A stretch of DNA of 64,000 nucleotides from an uncultured Acidobacteriota bacterium (GCA_963804995.1 CAWDSK010000009.1:192001-256000); one strand, 5' to 3'; positions 20,566 to 33,244 are shown, numbered from the stretch's first letter. A program made the numbers and translations. Notes: a model not told the origin generated them from the letters alone.

Positions 20566-20580
20566 TATTGTCTGGCGATG

Positions 20581-20784
20581 GAATCGAAAATTATTCTGGC
20601 CGCTATGCGGTTTCAATCGCAAATCGGCAATTGAAAATCAAAATCGAAAGCTGTAATCCAAGATCCAAAATTGGAAATTTGAAACTTCAATCACAAGTCA
20701 CCAATCGCAAATCACCAATGAATCAGTGTCCCGCGCCGCCCGTAGGTTTGTAATCGAAAATCGCAAATCGTCAATCGAAAATTC
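20581..20784. repeat. AATCG(C/A)A heptamer tandem repeats
   Basis: aatcgcaaatcggcaattgaaaatcaaaatcgaaa... downstream of pntB. Confidence 0.75.
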
Positions 20785-22177
20785 CTAGTGGCTGTGGCCG
20801 GTGAGTTCCCTCACGATGTCGCCCACAAAACCCTTGGCGTCGCCGAAGAGCATCAGGGTTTTATCGAGGTAGTAGAGCGGGTTATCGATTCCCGCGAAGC
20901 CGGGGTTCATGCTGCGCTTGATCACCATGACGGTGCGCGCCTTGTCCACATCGAGAATCGGCATGCCGTAGATGGGGCTGGAATGATCGGTGCGCGCCGC
21001 GGGATTGGTGACGTCGTTCGCGCCGATGATCAGCGCCACGTCGGTCTGCGGGAAATCCGGGTTGATGGAGTCCATATCGAGCAGGCGGTCGTAGGGGATA
21101 TCGGCTTCCGCCAGTAGTACGTTCATGTGGCCGGGCATGCGGCCTGCGACCGGGTGAATACCGAATTTAACATCGATACCCTTCTTCGTGAGCACATCAA
21201 AAAGCTCGCGCACCTTGTGTTGCGCCTGCGCCACCGCCATGCCGTAGCCGGGAACGATCACCACACTGTTGGCAGCGGCAAGAATGCCGGCGGCCTCCTC
21301 CGCCGTGGCGCTGTGCACCGGGCGCTCTTCTTTCGCTGCCGCCGCAGAAGTCTGCACCTGCCCGAAGGCTCCAAAGAGCACGTTCGAGAACGAGCGGTTC
21401 ATGGCCTTCGACATGATGACGGAAAGAATGAAGCCCGAAGAGCCATCGAGCGCCCCGGCGATGATCAGCAGCTTCGAAGTCGAGGACAAATCCCATGGCT
21501 GCGGCGGAGAGTCCAGCGTAGGAATTGAGCAGAGAAATCACCGTGGGCATGTCGGCGCCGCCGATGGGTACGATCATCATCACACCGAAAACCAGGGGGA
21601 TGAAGATAATCAGCGGAAACAGCGCCTTCTGCCCGGGGTGGAGCACCAGAACCACCGCCAACAGAATCGAAATGCCCAGAAGCGACAGGTTGACGAAGTT
21701 CTGACCGCGATAGGTAATGGGGCGCTGCGGCAGCACCTCCTGAAGTTTGCCGGTGGCCATCAGGCTTCCCGTGAAGGTTAGCGAGCCCAGAATGACTTCC
21801 AGGCAGAGCACCGACATGGTGAAGCGCGGGATGTACGGCGTGCCAAGATAAAACTCCGCTGTGCCGACCAGGGTCACGCAAAGGGCGCCACAGGCGTGGC
21901 TGAGCGCGGTCCGCTGCGGCACAGCGGTCATCTGCACCAGGCCGAGCGGGACGCCGATAATCGTGCCCAATACGAGCGCCAGCAGGATCCACTGGTACTG
22001 GACGATGCCGTGGTGGAACAGGGTTCCGCCAATGGCCAGCGCCATGCCCAGTTCTCCGGCCCACACGCCGCGCCGGGCCGAGGACGGAGAGCTGAGCCAT
22101 TTGAGCGCCAGGATGAAGAGCGCCGTGGCGACCAGATAGCAAACTTCAATGATGAGTTGAGTAGCTGATGGGCTCAT
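20785..22177 (-). CDS. pntB: NAD(P) transhydrogenase beta subunit, +1 frameshift near 21477
   Basis: PIGGADMPTVISLLNSYAG, VPGYGMAVAQAQH, HPVAGRMPGHMNVLLAEA, GANDVTNP; removing one base gives FVLDSKLLIIAG. Confidence 0.93.
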
Positions 22178-22470
22178 GATTTTTTCGGTTTGGCGGTCTT
22201 GAACATCTTCAACATGCGGTCGGTGATTAAGAAGCCGCCCACGACGTTGCTCATCGCCGCGACAATGGCAATGGTTCCCAGCACCGTGGAGAACGTGGTC
22301 TTGGCTTCACCCGCGATGACAATGGCGCCCACTACCGCAATGGCGTCGAGAGCGTTGGTAAGCGACATCAGCGGCGTATGCAAGAGCGGTGAGACTCGCC
22401 GGATCACCTCGAATCCGATGAATCCTGCGAGCATGAAGACGTACAGGCTGTTGATGAGGTCGAACGTCAC
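22174..22470 (-). CDS. pntA2: NAD(P) transhydrogenase alpha subunit part 2
   Basis: VSPLLHTPLMSLTNA, NVVGGFLITDRMLKMF. Confidence 0.93.
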   Translation of the reverse strand: MTFDLINSLYVFMLAGFIGFEVIRRVSPLLHTPLMSLTNALDAIAVVGAIVIAGEAKTTFSTVLGTIAIVAAMSNVVGGFLITDRMLKMFKTAKPKKS

Positions 22471-22564
22471 GGGAACCTCCCAAGGGGGAAAGGCTAAAGT
22501 GTAAAGGATAAAGGATGGGCAGGTATTTACCCTTTAACCTTCATCCTTTAACCTTTTCTGACAC

Positions 22565-23740
22565 CTAGCTTTTCCGCACTGCCGGCGCGGGCAGCGAGAA
22601 GAATTCCCGCACCCTTGCGTTTGCTACTTCCCCGCCTCGCGTCAGCAGGGTATCGCGCGTAATCTCGTCTTCCAGATTGATTTCGACCTGGCCGCCTTTT
22701 CCCAGGTGGAGCAGGAAGGCGGTGAGGTTGCGCGCATACATCATGCTGGCGTGGTAGGGGACCGTGCTCGCCAGGTTGATGTAACCGATGATGGTCACGC
22801 CGTGCTCAACGATGCGCTGCCCGGCCTTGGTCAATTCACAATTGCCGCCCCGCTCGGACGCGAGGTCAACGATAACCGAGCCGAGCGCCATGCGTTCCAC
22901 CATCTCTCGTGTGATCAGGATGGGCGGCTTCTTGCCCGGGACAACGGCGGCGGTAATGACCACGTCGCTCTCCGCCACCACGCGCCCCAGCAATTCGCGC
23001 TGCCGCAGGAAGAACGATTCATCCTGCTGCTTCGCGTATCCGCGCGCGTCTTCGGCGTCCTTGGCTTCGATGGGCAATTCGATAAAGCGCCCGCCGAGAC
23101 TCTGCACCTGTTCTTTGGCGGCGGGACGCAGATCGTAGGCGGAAGCGACAGCGCCCAGGCGTCGCGCCGCGGAGATGGCTTGCAGACCGGCCACGCCCGC
23201 ACCAATGATGAACACGCGCGCCGGCGTGATGGTGCCGGCTGCCGTAGTGAGCATGGGAAACATGCGCGGCAGCCGGTCTGCCGCAAGCAACACAGCTTTA
23301 TATCCGCAAATCGTGGCCATCGAGGAGAGGGCGTCCATGCTTTGCGCACGCGTGATGCGCGGCATCAACTCCACGGCGAAGGAATTAACCCCCGTCGCGG
23401 CAAGCTCCAGCGCGGATTCGGCCGAGCCGAAAGGACGAAGAAATCCAATGACGGTCTGGTCGCGGCGAAAAAGCGGGAGGTCGTCTTTGCCCGTGACGTC
23501 GTTCGACCCGTGGCTGAGCACCTGGACAATGACGTCGGCGGATTTGAAAACTTCAGCGCGCGTGGCAGCGAGCCTGGCGCCTTTTTCCTGATACTCGGTG
23601 TCAGGGTATCCGGCCCCGATCCCGGCTCCGGCTTCCACCAGAATCTGGAACCCGGCCTTGGTCAGGTTCGGAATCACTACGGGTACCAGCGCGACGCGGT
23701 GCTCGCCGGGAAAGGCTTCCTTGGGAACGCCGATGATCAT
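22565..23740 (-). CDS. pntA1: NAD(P) transhydrogenase alpha subunit part 1
   Basis: IGVPKE, PRITRAQSMDALSS, GAGVAGLQAI, GGNCELT. Confidence 0.95.
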   Translation of the reverse strand: MIIGVPKEAFPGEHRVALVPVVIPNLTKAGFQILVEAGAGIGAGYPDTEYQEKGARLAATRAEVFKSADVIVQVLSHGSNDVTGKDDLPLFRRDQTVIGFLRPFGSAESALELAATGVNSFAVELMPRITRAQSMDALSSMATICGYKAVLLAADRLPRMFPMLTTAAGTITPARVFIIGAGVAGLQAISAARRLGAVASAYDLRPAAKEQVQSLGGRFIELPIEAKDAEDARGYAKQQDESFFLRQRELLGRVVAESDVVITAAVVPGKKPPILITREMVERMALGSVIVDLASERGGNCELTKAGQRIVEHGVTIIGYINLASTVPYHASMMYARNLTAFLLHLGKGGQVEINLEDEITRDTLLTRGGEVANARVREFFSLPAPAVRKS

Positions 23741-23903
23741 TGCAACCCCCTACAGTATTAGATGATCGGCTGCGGGTTCGAGAGGAGATATTCTACACGA
23801 TGCGGTCGGATGTCAACAGAAGGGAGTGGTGGGTTATTTTGAATGTAGCGCCGCCCTTATGGTTCTTGAATTTCCAGCTCGTAGAATTCTCAAACACCCA
23901 CGT

Positions 23904-23975
23904 GACCCCTCACCCGTCCCGCCCCGGCTGGTGAGAGCGTCGGCGGCGGTCCACCCTCTCCCCTCGGAGAGGGCG
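23904..23975. repeat. CCCCTCACCC...CCCTCTCCC/GGAGAGGG repeat family
   Basis: Related copies at 5406-5472, 10075-10102, 35930-36020 and 41868-42007. Confidence 0.7.
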
Positions 23976-24264
23976 GTTATTCAAGGTGGGGCACTCTTTC
24001 GGCATACGCAGAGAATGGGTCTCCAATTCGGCCGGTGGGCGCTTCGGTCTAACCTTCCCCTAGCCGGAACCGGATAATAGCCTTCTCCCAGGGAAGAAGG
24101 TGGCTGACGTAGGAGGCCGGATGAGGGGTTACTTGCTGGCTCGAGGCAATCGAACCACCACCCGAAGTCCCAGAGGCACAACGCACCGTCCCTGCTGCGA
24201 CCATGCCCGGGGCTGATCCACACTGACAGTAAAAAATTCTTTATGGCAGGCAAAAAAAATCTCT

Positions 24265-24293
24265 TGCATTCGGTGAAATGTTGTCTTAATATT
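24265..24293 (+). promoter_or_regulatory. Putative rRNA promoter with upstream A-tract (UP element)
   Basis: aaaaaaaatctc TTGCAT-N17-TAATAT. Confidence 0.6.
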
Positions 24294-24694
24294 TCTGATT
24301 GCCAGTACGAAGGTGGAGTGAGTAAGCGGGGCGTGGTTGAAAGTAAGACGCAACCAGGCTTCAAAAGAGCTCCACATCGTCTCGGTCGGAATCCCCTGGA
24401 GGTCGATACGCGAAAGGCTTTCGGATAGGGGCTTGAAGCAAGTGGGCCACCCTCGGTAAAGCTCCCGCCTGTTTCGATCCCCGAAGTTTACAGCAGACGA
24501 ACCCAGCCGCCTTAAAGGTGCGCGAGTTGCGTTTTGCGCCCTGAAAGCGGAGGATTCGCGCCAGGTTGTTGAGCTTGGTCTCACCCGCCAAGTTGGGGTG
24601 GATCAAGCCCAGCAACTTTGACCGTTCGGCGAGTGTCGGACGTTAAGTTGACGGAAGAGGCTTAGGGAGGCGGAAGTCGTCCCTGGGCACTCGA

Positions 24695-24707
24695 TGTTCT
24701 TTGAAAA
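24695..24707 (+). promoter_or_regulatory. rRNA antitermination boxA
   Basis: TGTTCTTTGAAAA. Confidence 0.75.
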
Positions 24708-24992
24708 CTGAATAGTGTGGCGTCTACCTAGTAGTGGTAGCTATCAGCGTTCAGCTCTCAGCTCTCAGCAAAAGCGTGAAAATCGCCTAGCCGGGCGTGG
24801 GGGGATGGGGTTGGTGGCTACACTCTGTCCGGGATTGGATCCGGGCAGAGAGAGAAAGGCGAATCTGTTAAGCGCATCTGGAAGCGATCAGCTTTCAGCC
24901 GTCAGCGCTCAGCTAGGGCCCGAAAGAGCTTCAAGCTGAAAGCTGATAGCCGATTGCTGAGAGCTTCGCGTGGTGTGTTGAGCAGATATTAT

Positions 24993-28108
<3,116 letters not shown>

Positions 28109-28272
28109 ATAAATCTGCTCAGTGCATCAACAGAAATTATCGCCTTTACTTTACGACGCCACACTATTCAGAAGAAGCTGTCAGCCATTAGCTCTCAGCT
28201 TTCAGCTCTAGCGTGCGAACGCTTGAAGCTGATCGCTGATAGCTGAACGCTGATAGCTTCTTTCCAACAATT

Positions 28273-28390
28273 TTCCGGCGATCAAACCGGAGGGGTCACA
28301 CCCGTTCCCATCCCGAACACGGTAGTTAAGCCCTCCAGGGCCCATGGTACTGCGCGGGCGACTGCGTGGGAGAGTCGGTCGTCGCCGGGA
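28273..28390 (+). rRNA. rrf: 5S rRNA
   Basis: tccggcga...cacccgttcccatcccgaacacggtagttaag...gggagagtcggtcgtcgccggga. Confidence 0.98.
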
Positions 28391-28402
28391 TTAATTAACA
28401 CG

Positions 28403-28440
28403 AAGACGGGCTCGCGATTTGCGAGCCCGTTTTGCTTTTG
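28403..28440 (+). terminator. Intrinsic terminator after 5S
   Basis: acgggctcgc gattt gcgagcccgt tttgctttt. Confidence 0.85.
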
Positions 28441-28489
28441 TCGGTAAGAGCCGATTGAGTTCGGACTGTTCGATAAACAAAGGTGAGAA

Positions 28490-28732
28490 ATGCTGACACG
28501 ACAAGACCTGATTCCATGGCTGGAGGACGCTCTGAAGGCGTTGGGAGGACGGGGCACAATTGTTTCAGTGTGCAAGCACGTCTGGGACAATCACGAGTCC
28601 GACTTGAGAAGCGCGGGTGACATGCTCTACACTTGGCAGTATGAGATCCGTTGGGCGGCGAAAATGCTCCGCGAACGCAAAATTATGAAGGCGGCAGAAG
28701 TCTCGCCCAAGGGGTTGTGGGAGCTAGCGTGA
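28490..28732 (+). CDS. Small winged-helix protein (Mrr N-terminal-like)
   Basis: ALKALGG.G.I..V.K.VW...DMLYTWQYEIRWAA..LR...KGLWEL; RBS aaggtga. Confidence 0.65.
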   Translation: MLTRQDLIPWLEDALKALGGRGTIVSVCKHVWDNHESDLRSAGDMLYTWQYEIRWAAKMLRERKIMKAAEVSPKGLWELA

Positions 28733-28762
28733 CTGCGCGTGCGGCTGGGGGGAGAGTCGCCC

Positions 28763-28858
28763 GTCCTGCGGATTATCGTGGATGACTCGGTCAATCCCGC
28801 AGTGGTGTTGGCGGACTACCGGGCGACGAAGATTGAGAAATATTGGGGGAAGCTGTGA
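28763..28858 (+). pseudogene. C-terminal remnant of a DUF4258 (RelE-like) toxin
   Basis: VLRIIVDDSVNPAVVLADYRATKIEKYWGKL*, overlapping the DUF2283 start (GTGA). Confidence 0.6.
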
Positions 28859-29052
28859 AAGTAACCTACAATCCCGAAGTCGACGTGCTCCGAATCCTGC
28901 TGAGCGACGCGCCCATCGAGGAAAGTGACGAGGATAAGCCGGGTGTGATCCTCGACTACGACAAAGACGGCAACATCGTGGGCCTGGAAATCCTAGAGGC
29001 CTCGAAGCGTACTGCCAACCCCAGGTCTGTAGAGTACGCGGTGACACGCTAA
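28855..29052 (+). CDS. DUF2283 putative antitoxin
   Basis: MKVTYNPEVDVLRI...EESDE.KPGVILDYDKDGNIVGLEILEAS; its TAA stop lies inside the 5S repeat. Confidence 0.88.
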   Translation: MKVTYNPEVDVLRILLSDAPIEESDEDKPGVILDYDKDGNIVGLEILEASKRTANPRSVEYAVTR

Positions 29053-29122
29053 GCCCTCCAGGGCCCATGGTACTGCGCGGGCGACTGCGTGGGAGAGTCG
29101 GTCGTCGCCGGGATTAATTTAG

Positions 29123-29158
29123 AAAAAGGCTCAGGTTCTAAACCTGGGCCTTTTTTGT
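29123..29158 (+). terminator. Intrinsic (bidirectional-type) terminator after the partial 5S copy
   Basis: aaaaaggctcagg ttctaaa cctgggcctttttt. Confidence 0.85.
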
Positions 29159-29258
29159 TCTTGTAGGAGCGGGTACGAAAACCCGGTCCACTCAAGTGTG
29201 GTAAAATCTCTCGCGTCCTGTCGTACAAATCTCGGGCAGCTCACACTACTGCGATAAC

Positions 29259-29846
29259 TTGGATCTTCCACCTATGATTCTGGCAGTCGTTGGAATGACG
29301 GGTTCAGGCAAGAGCGAGCTGTCTCGACACCTTGGCTCCCTGGGATTTCCTGCTATCCGTTTTGGCCAGGTTGTCGTGGACGAAATCGCCAGGCGGGGTT
29401 TAGACCTCAACCCGGCGAACGAGAGGACCATCCGGGAGGAACTTCGCTCGACCGAAGGTATGGACGTTTGCGCTCGCCGCTGCTTGCCCGCGATACGCAA
29501 AGCACTCGGGGAGAGCCCGCTGGTGGTTATCGACGGCCTGTACAGTTGGAGCGAGTACCGGACGTTGCGGGCGGCGCTGGGCGAAGATCTCGTCCTCCTA
29601 CTGGTATTTACTTCCAGAGAAAAGCGGTACCAGCGGCTGAAGGTGCGCCCGGAGCGCCCCCTGACCTTCCAGCAGGCCCAGGAGAGGGACGCGACGGAAA
29701 TTGAAAATATTGAAAAAGGTGGGCCCATCGCCTTCGCCGACTATGCACTGCTGAACGATGGCACGAAGGCAGAGCTCTGCGCAGGAGTCGACAGTTTACT
29801 CGCGCGCTGGGGAATTCGTTCTTCCCAGGGTGAAAAGCGCGGTTGA
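29259..29846 (+). CDS. P-loop nucleoside/nucleotide kinase (AAA_17/UPF0200, dephospho-CoA-kinase-like)
   Basis: VGMTGSGKS, VVIDGLYSWSE, RYQRLKVR..R, EKGGPIAFADY. Confidence 0.8.
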   Translation: MDLPPMILAVVGMTGSGKSELSRHLGSLGFPAIRFGQVVVDEIARRGLDLNPANERTIREELRSTEGMDVCARRCLPAIRKALGESPLVVIDGLYSWSEYRTLRAALGEDLVLLLVFTSREKRYQRLKVRPERPLTFQQAQERDATEIENIEKGGPIAFADYALLNDGTKAELCAGVDSLLARWGIRSSQGEKRG

Positions 29847-29993
29847 CTTCGTGCCGGGCGTTTTGCAGTGCAGAATAGGCTTCGCGCCCCCCTTTTGCTT
29901 TTTCTGAACAAGCTGGATAAGATGAGCGCCAGCGTCCTCCCGCGGTCTCCCCCGGTCGTGCGGAGGGCTCGCCAAAAGCCTTGCGGAGCGAAC

Positions 29994-30509
29994 ATGATCA
30001 CAAAAGATGATTACTACATGGGTATCGCCATGGCCGTGCGCAAGAAGGCGAATTGCATGGGCCGACGAGTCGGCGCCGTAGTTGTCAAGCGCAATCGCAT
30101 CATCTCCACCGGCTACAATGGGACGCCCGAAGGAATGGCCAATTGCCTGGATGGCGGCTGCGTGCGTTGTAAGAATCGGGAAGCCTACAAGGCAAGCGTG
30201 GGATATGACGTTTGCATATGCGTCCACGCTGAGCAGAACGCGCTGATTACCGCAGCCAGATTTGGGAATTCGATTGAGGATGCCATTGTGTATTCGACCC
30301 TTCGGCCGTGTTTCGACTGCACAAAGACTCTGCTGCAAGCCAAGGTTCACACGATTTACTACATTCATGATTGGGCCCACCCGATCGATTCCCTGCAGGA
30401 GCAGTATCTGCTCGCGCAAAGCAAGCTTCCGGGCGGGGTCAGGAAAGTGGAGATTCAGGACCCTGAGGCCGAGTGGGCAAACGGCAATGCTGCGCTGATA
30501 ATTGGCTGA
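29994..30509 (+). CDS. dCMP deaminase family protein
   Basis: RRVGAVVV, STGYNGTP, HAEQNA, PCFDC zinc motifs. Confidence 0.9.
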   Translation: MITKDDYYMGIAMAVRKKANCMGRRVGAVVVKRNRIISTGYNGTPEGMANCLDGGCVRCKNREAYKASVGYDVCICVHAEQNALITAARFGNSIEDAIVYSTLRPCFDCTKTLLQAKVHTIYYIHDWAHPIDSLQEQYLLAQSKLPGGVRKVEIQDPEAEWANGNAALIIG

Positions 30510-30555
30510 CGAGACCCCCTGTGTCGATTGACCGGGGCGCAGCCAAAGAGAGGCT

Positions 30556-30732
30556 ATGTTTGCGGAGCTAGGCTTATTGGCATCGACAATCCTCACCCTG
30601 GCGGGTCTTGCAGTGCTATTTCTGACCCACGGCGAGGGTTTAAAGATTGTCGGCGCAGGCATGGCCATTGCGGGCGCGATCACGCTGGTGCTGCAACTGT
30701 GGATCTACTATCGGCGGTGGCACAACTACTGA
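30556..30732 (+). CDS. 58-aa two-TM membrane protein (absent from the ORF track)
   Basis: RBS gagagg; MFAELGLLASTILTLAGLAVLFLTHGEGLKIVGAGMAIAGAITLVLQLWIYYRRWHNY*. Confidence 0.6.
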   Translation: MFAELGLLASTILTLAGLAVLFLTHGEGLKIVGAGMAIAGAITLVLQLWIYYRRWHNY

Positions 30733-30846
30733 CCAAGATTTCAGTGGCACACACGCCCTTGTGGCGGGCGTCTTTTGGGGGACCAGCCCCTTTCAGCACT
30801 CTTGCCTTGGGGGTTGTCCACAGAACGATGATGCTATAATCGTCGT

Positions 30847-31080
30847 ATGAAAAGAGTCCCAGCCAAACGCAAAGTCAGGCAGTTCACTGTGGTCATCGAA
30901 CAGGATGAAGACGGCTACTACGTGGCGACGGTCCCTTCGTTGCCGAGTTGCTACACCCAGGCGCGCACTCTGGCAGAACTGTCGCCGCGGATCCGTGAAG
31001 TAATTGCACTTTGCCTCGCCGAACAAGACGCGCCCCGGATGAAATTCGTCGCCCTCGAACAGGTTGAGGTTAGCGCTTGA
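30847..31080 (+). CDS. hicB: HicB-family antitoxin
   Basis: FTVVIEQDEDGYYVATVPSLPSCYTQARTL. Confidence 0.85.
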   Translation: MKRVPAKRKVRQFTVVIEQDEDGYYVATVPSLPSCYTQARTLAELSPRIREVIALCLAEQDAPRMKFVALEQVEVSA

Positions 31081-31130
31081 GCCGCCTGCACCCAGTGCGG
31101 GCCCGCGAGGTCGTTCGTTATCTCCCCTAA
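31077..31130 (+). pseudogene. Truncated HicA toxin
   Basis: TTG start overlapping the hicB stop; MSRLHPVRAREVVR followed by an early stop. Confidence 0.6.
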
Positions 31131-31146
31131 GGGCTAAAATCAAAAG

Positions 31147-32025
31147 ATGATGCATTCAAACAGGACGGACCACTCAACCCATGCCCCTGCCCGCGTGTGG
31201 CAGCAATGTTTTTCTGCCGGGCTTCTGATCATCACCCTCTGCGCCACTCTGGCTCACACCTCATCGACTGCGGCGCGGCCAGCCGACACTGCCCCGGCGC
31301 AGAAGTTCATCGCCCTGACCTTTGATGATGGTCCGCGGCCCTGGGTGCTCAAGGGGAACTCCGAGCCGGGACATGCCTCCGCCAGCCTCCTGGATTTACT
31401 CGATCGAGAGGGCGCGAAGGCCACGTTCTTTGTGATGGCGTGGCGTCTGGCTCCTGCCGCTGACAAGGATTGCCGCAAGATTGACACCGGCATCACATGC
31501 CGCCAAGCCGCGGAAGAGGAGCATCGCCGCGGCCACGAAATCGAAAATCATACATACGGCCACGGCGACTTCCGCCATATGAAGGAGCGCTACGGTGAGG
31601 AATGGGTCCTGAACGATCTCGACCGCGCCTCACGCACCATTGAGCCCATCACCGGCATCAAGCCTGTGTATGTGCGGCCGCCGGATTGGATCATCTGGCC
31701 GGAGATCGCCCAGCACATTGAGGCGCGCGGCTACCGCCTGATGAGCAAGTCTACGGCCTTACCTCTTGCAAGGCGCGACGTTGATTCCGAGGACTATTTC
31801 TGTGCGGGCAAGGATTTGTCCAAGTGTCCCCAGCCCTCGCTGCATGACTACGTGCTAAGAACCCTCGAGCAGCGCGAGCGCAAAGGTGTGTTCGACCACA
31901 TCCTGGTCTTCCATGAAATCCCCAATTCGGTTGAAGTCCTCTCCAAGCTGATCCCTGAGCTCAAGAAGCGCGGCTATACCTTCGTGACCCTCCAGAAGTA
32001 CATGGAATTGGTAAAACCGGGATAG
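31147..32025 (+). CDS. Polysaccharide deacetylase (CE4/NodB)
   Basis: LTFDDGP, ATFFV, ENHTYGH, VRPP, ILVFHE. Confidence 0.88.
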   Translation: MMHSNRTDHSTHAPARVWQQCFSAGLLIITLCATLAHTSSTAARPADTAPAQKFIALTFDDGPRPWVLKGNSEPGHASASLLDLLDREGAKATFFVMAWRLAPAADKDCRKIDTGITCRQAAEEEHRRGHEIENHTYGHGDFRHMKERYGEEWVLNDLDRASRTIEPITGIKPVYVRPPDWIIWPEIAQHIEARGYRLMSKSTALPLARRDVDSEDYFCAGKDLSKCPQPSLHDYVLRTLEQRERKGVFDHILVFHEIPNSVEVLSKLIPELKKRGYTFVTLQKYMELVKPG

Positions 32026-32042
32026 CCTGCGAAGCATTCTTT

Positions 32043-32115
32043 ACCGCAGAGGCGCAGAGACGCAGAGAAAAGGCATTCTTTTTAAGCTCTCTGCGTCTCC
32101 GCGCCTCTGCGGTGA
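32043..32115. repeat. GCAGAG(A/G)C octamer hairpin element
   Basis: accgcagaggcgcagagacgcagag...ctctgcgtctccgcgcctctgcggt; also at 46278-46350, 57404-57478, 59772-59852 and 60742-60830. Confidence 0.8.
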
Positions 32116-32168
32116 AAGGGAGTTGTTTCCGGGCCCGCAGAGTGCTAGGCTTTAGGCAGGAGGCGTAT

Positions 32169-32960
32169 ATGCGAAGCTTGCATATTGTCCTGTTATCGTT
32201 GTTGCTGGCGGCTGTACCCAGCGCGCTGGCGCAACACGGTGGCGGAGGCCATGGCGGCGGTGGAGGTGGCGGCCGGGGTGGCGGCGGCGGTGGCTTCCAT
32301 GGTGGCGGTGGTGGTGGCGGCTTCCATGGCGGAGGTGGTGGCGGCGGCTACCGTGGCGGTGGTGGTGGCGGCGGCTACCGTGGCGGTGGTGGCTATCGCG
32401 GTGGCGGCATTGGTCCCCGAGGTGGTAGCGGCCGCGGGGGATTTGGCTATGGAGGCCGCGGCTACGGTGGCTACGGCAGAGGCTACGGTTACCGGGGTCG
32501 TTACGGGTTCGGATTTGGCTTCGGCTTTGGAGGGTGGGGTTGGCCCTATTACAGCTATGGGTATCCGTATTACCCATACTACTCTTACGACCCGTGCTAT
32601 CCCTACGGCCCCTATGGCCCGTACGCCTGTGATCCCCACGCTTATGGCCCTTACGCGTATGCTCCCGACCCACCGGCGGCGTATTCCATCAATCCTCCGG
32701 CAGGGGGACCGGGGCCGGCAACTTATTCCCCCGATCCACCAGTAAGGCGCAACGCTCCTGCCACGGCGGATCCGACGGCGACGCGCAGCGCACCTGTGTC
32801 GGATGGCCAGTGGCACCACTTCGGCAATCAACCCGCTCCTCCGGCGCGGGCTGTGACACCCAGTACGCGGCCAGTTTCGCCCGGAACCGATCCACCTCCA
32901 ACGCGCAACGTTGCCTTGGCGGACGGCCAGTGGCACCACTTTGGGGGAGGCAGTAAGTAG
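32169..32960 (+). CDS. Secreted Gly/Tyr/Pro-rich protein
   Basis: RBS ggagg; signal peptide; GGGG and YP repeats; duplicated DGQWHHFG. Confidence 0.75.
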   Translation: MRSLHIVLLSLLLAAVPSALAQHGGGGHGGGGGGGRGGGGGGFHGGGGGGGFHGGGGGGGYRGGGGGGGYRGGGGYRGGGIGPRGGSGRGGFGYGGRGYGGYGRGYGYRGRYGFGFGFGFGGWGWPYYSYGYPYYPYYSYDPCYPYGPYGPYACDPHAYGPYAYAPDPPAAYSINPPAGGPGPATYSPDPPVRRNAPATADPTATRSAPVSDGQWHHFGNQPAPPARAVTPSTRPVSPGTDPPPTRNVALADGQWHHFGGGSK

Positions 32961-33244
32961 AGAGTAGAAAGCAGTAGGCAGAAAGCAGAAGGCGGAAGGC
33001 AGCGAGCGTTTTTTGCGAGTCCCGACGCGTGTATTTCCGTAGGGATGCTTGCCGATCAGACCGGGAAGCGCCCCTACTCCCCGCACATCCCTGCATTATC
33101 ATTCTTTCGACCCTGGCCACACACCTTTCTATCACCATCCTTTTTCTACGCGGTGGACTGAGAAAACGGAGGCAGGAACCGGAGGAATGTGGTACAAAAG
33201 TTGAGAGCAATTCCCAAGACAATTAACTCTGATGGAGGCGAGAC

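Larger units (their letters stand above)
28327..29119 (+). mobile_element. Small islet bounded by a 70-bp direct repeat of the 5S rRNA 3' half
   Basis: 28327-28396 is identical to 29050-29119; cargo is three small genes or fragments; no integrase. Confidence 0.75.

Noticed and set aside
21470..21490. Programmed frameshifting in pntB and other split genes
   Set aside because: No slippery sequence; the shared single-A insertion points to sequencing error.
23741..24992. 16S rRNA, tRNA-Ile/Ala, tmRNA or RNase P RNA before 23S
   Set aside because: Too short for 16S, and none of the conserved motifs or cloverleaf structures are visible.
29050..29119. Second functional 5S rRNA
   Set aside because: It lacks the 5' ~54 nt, so helix I cannot form.
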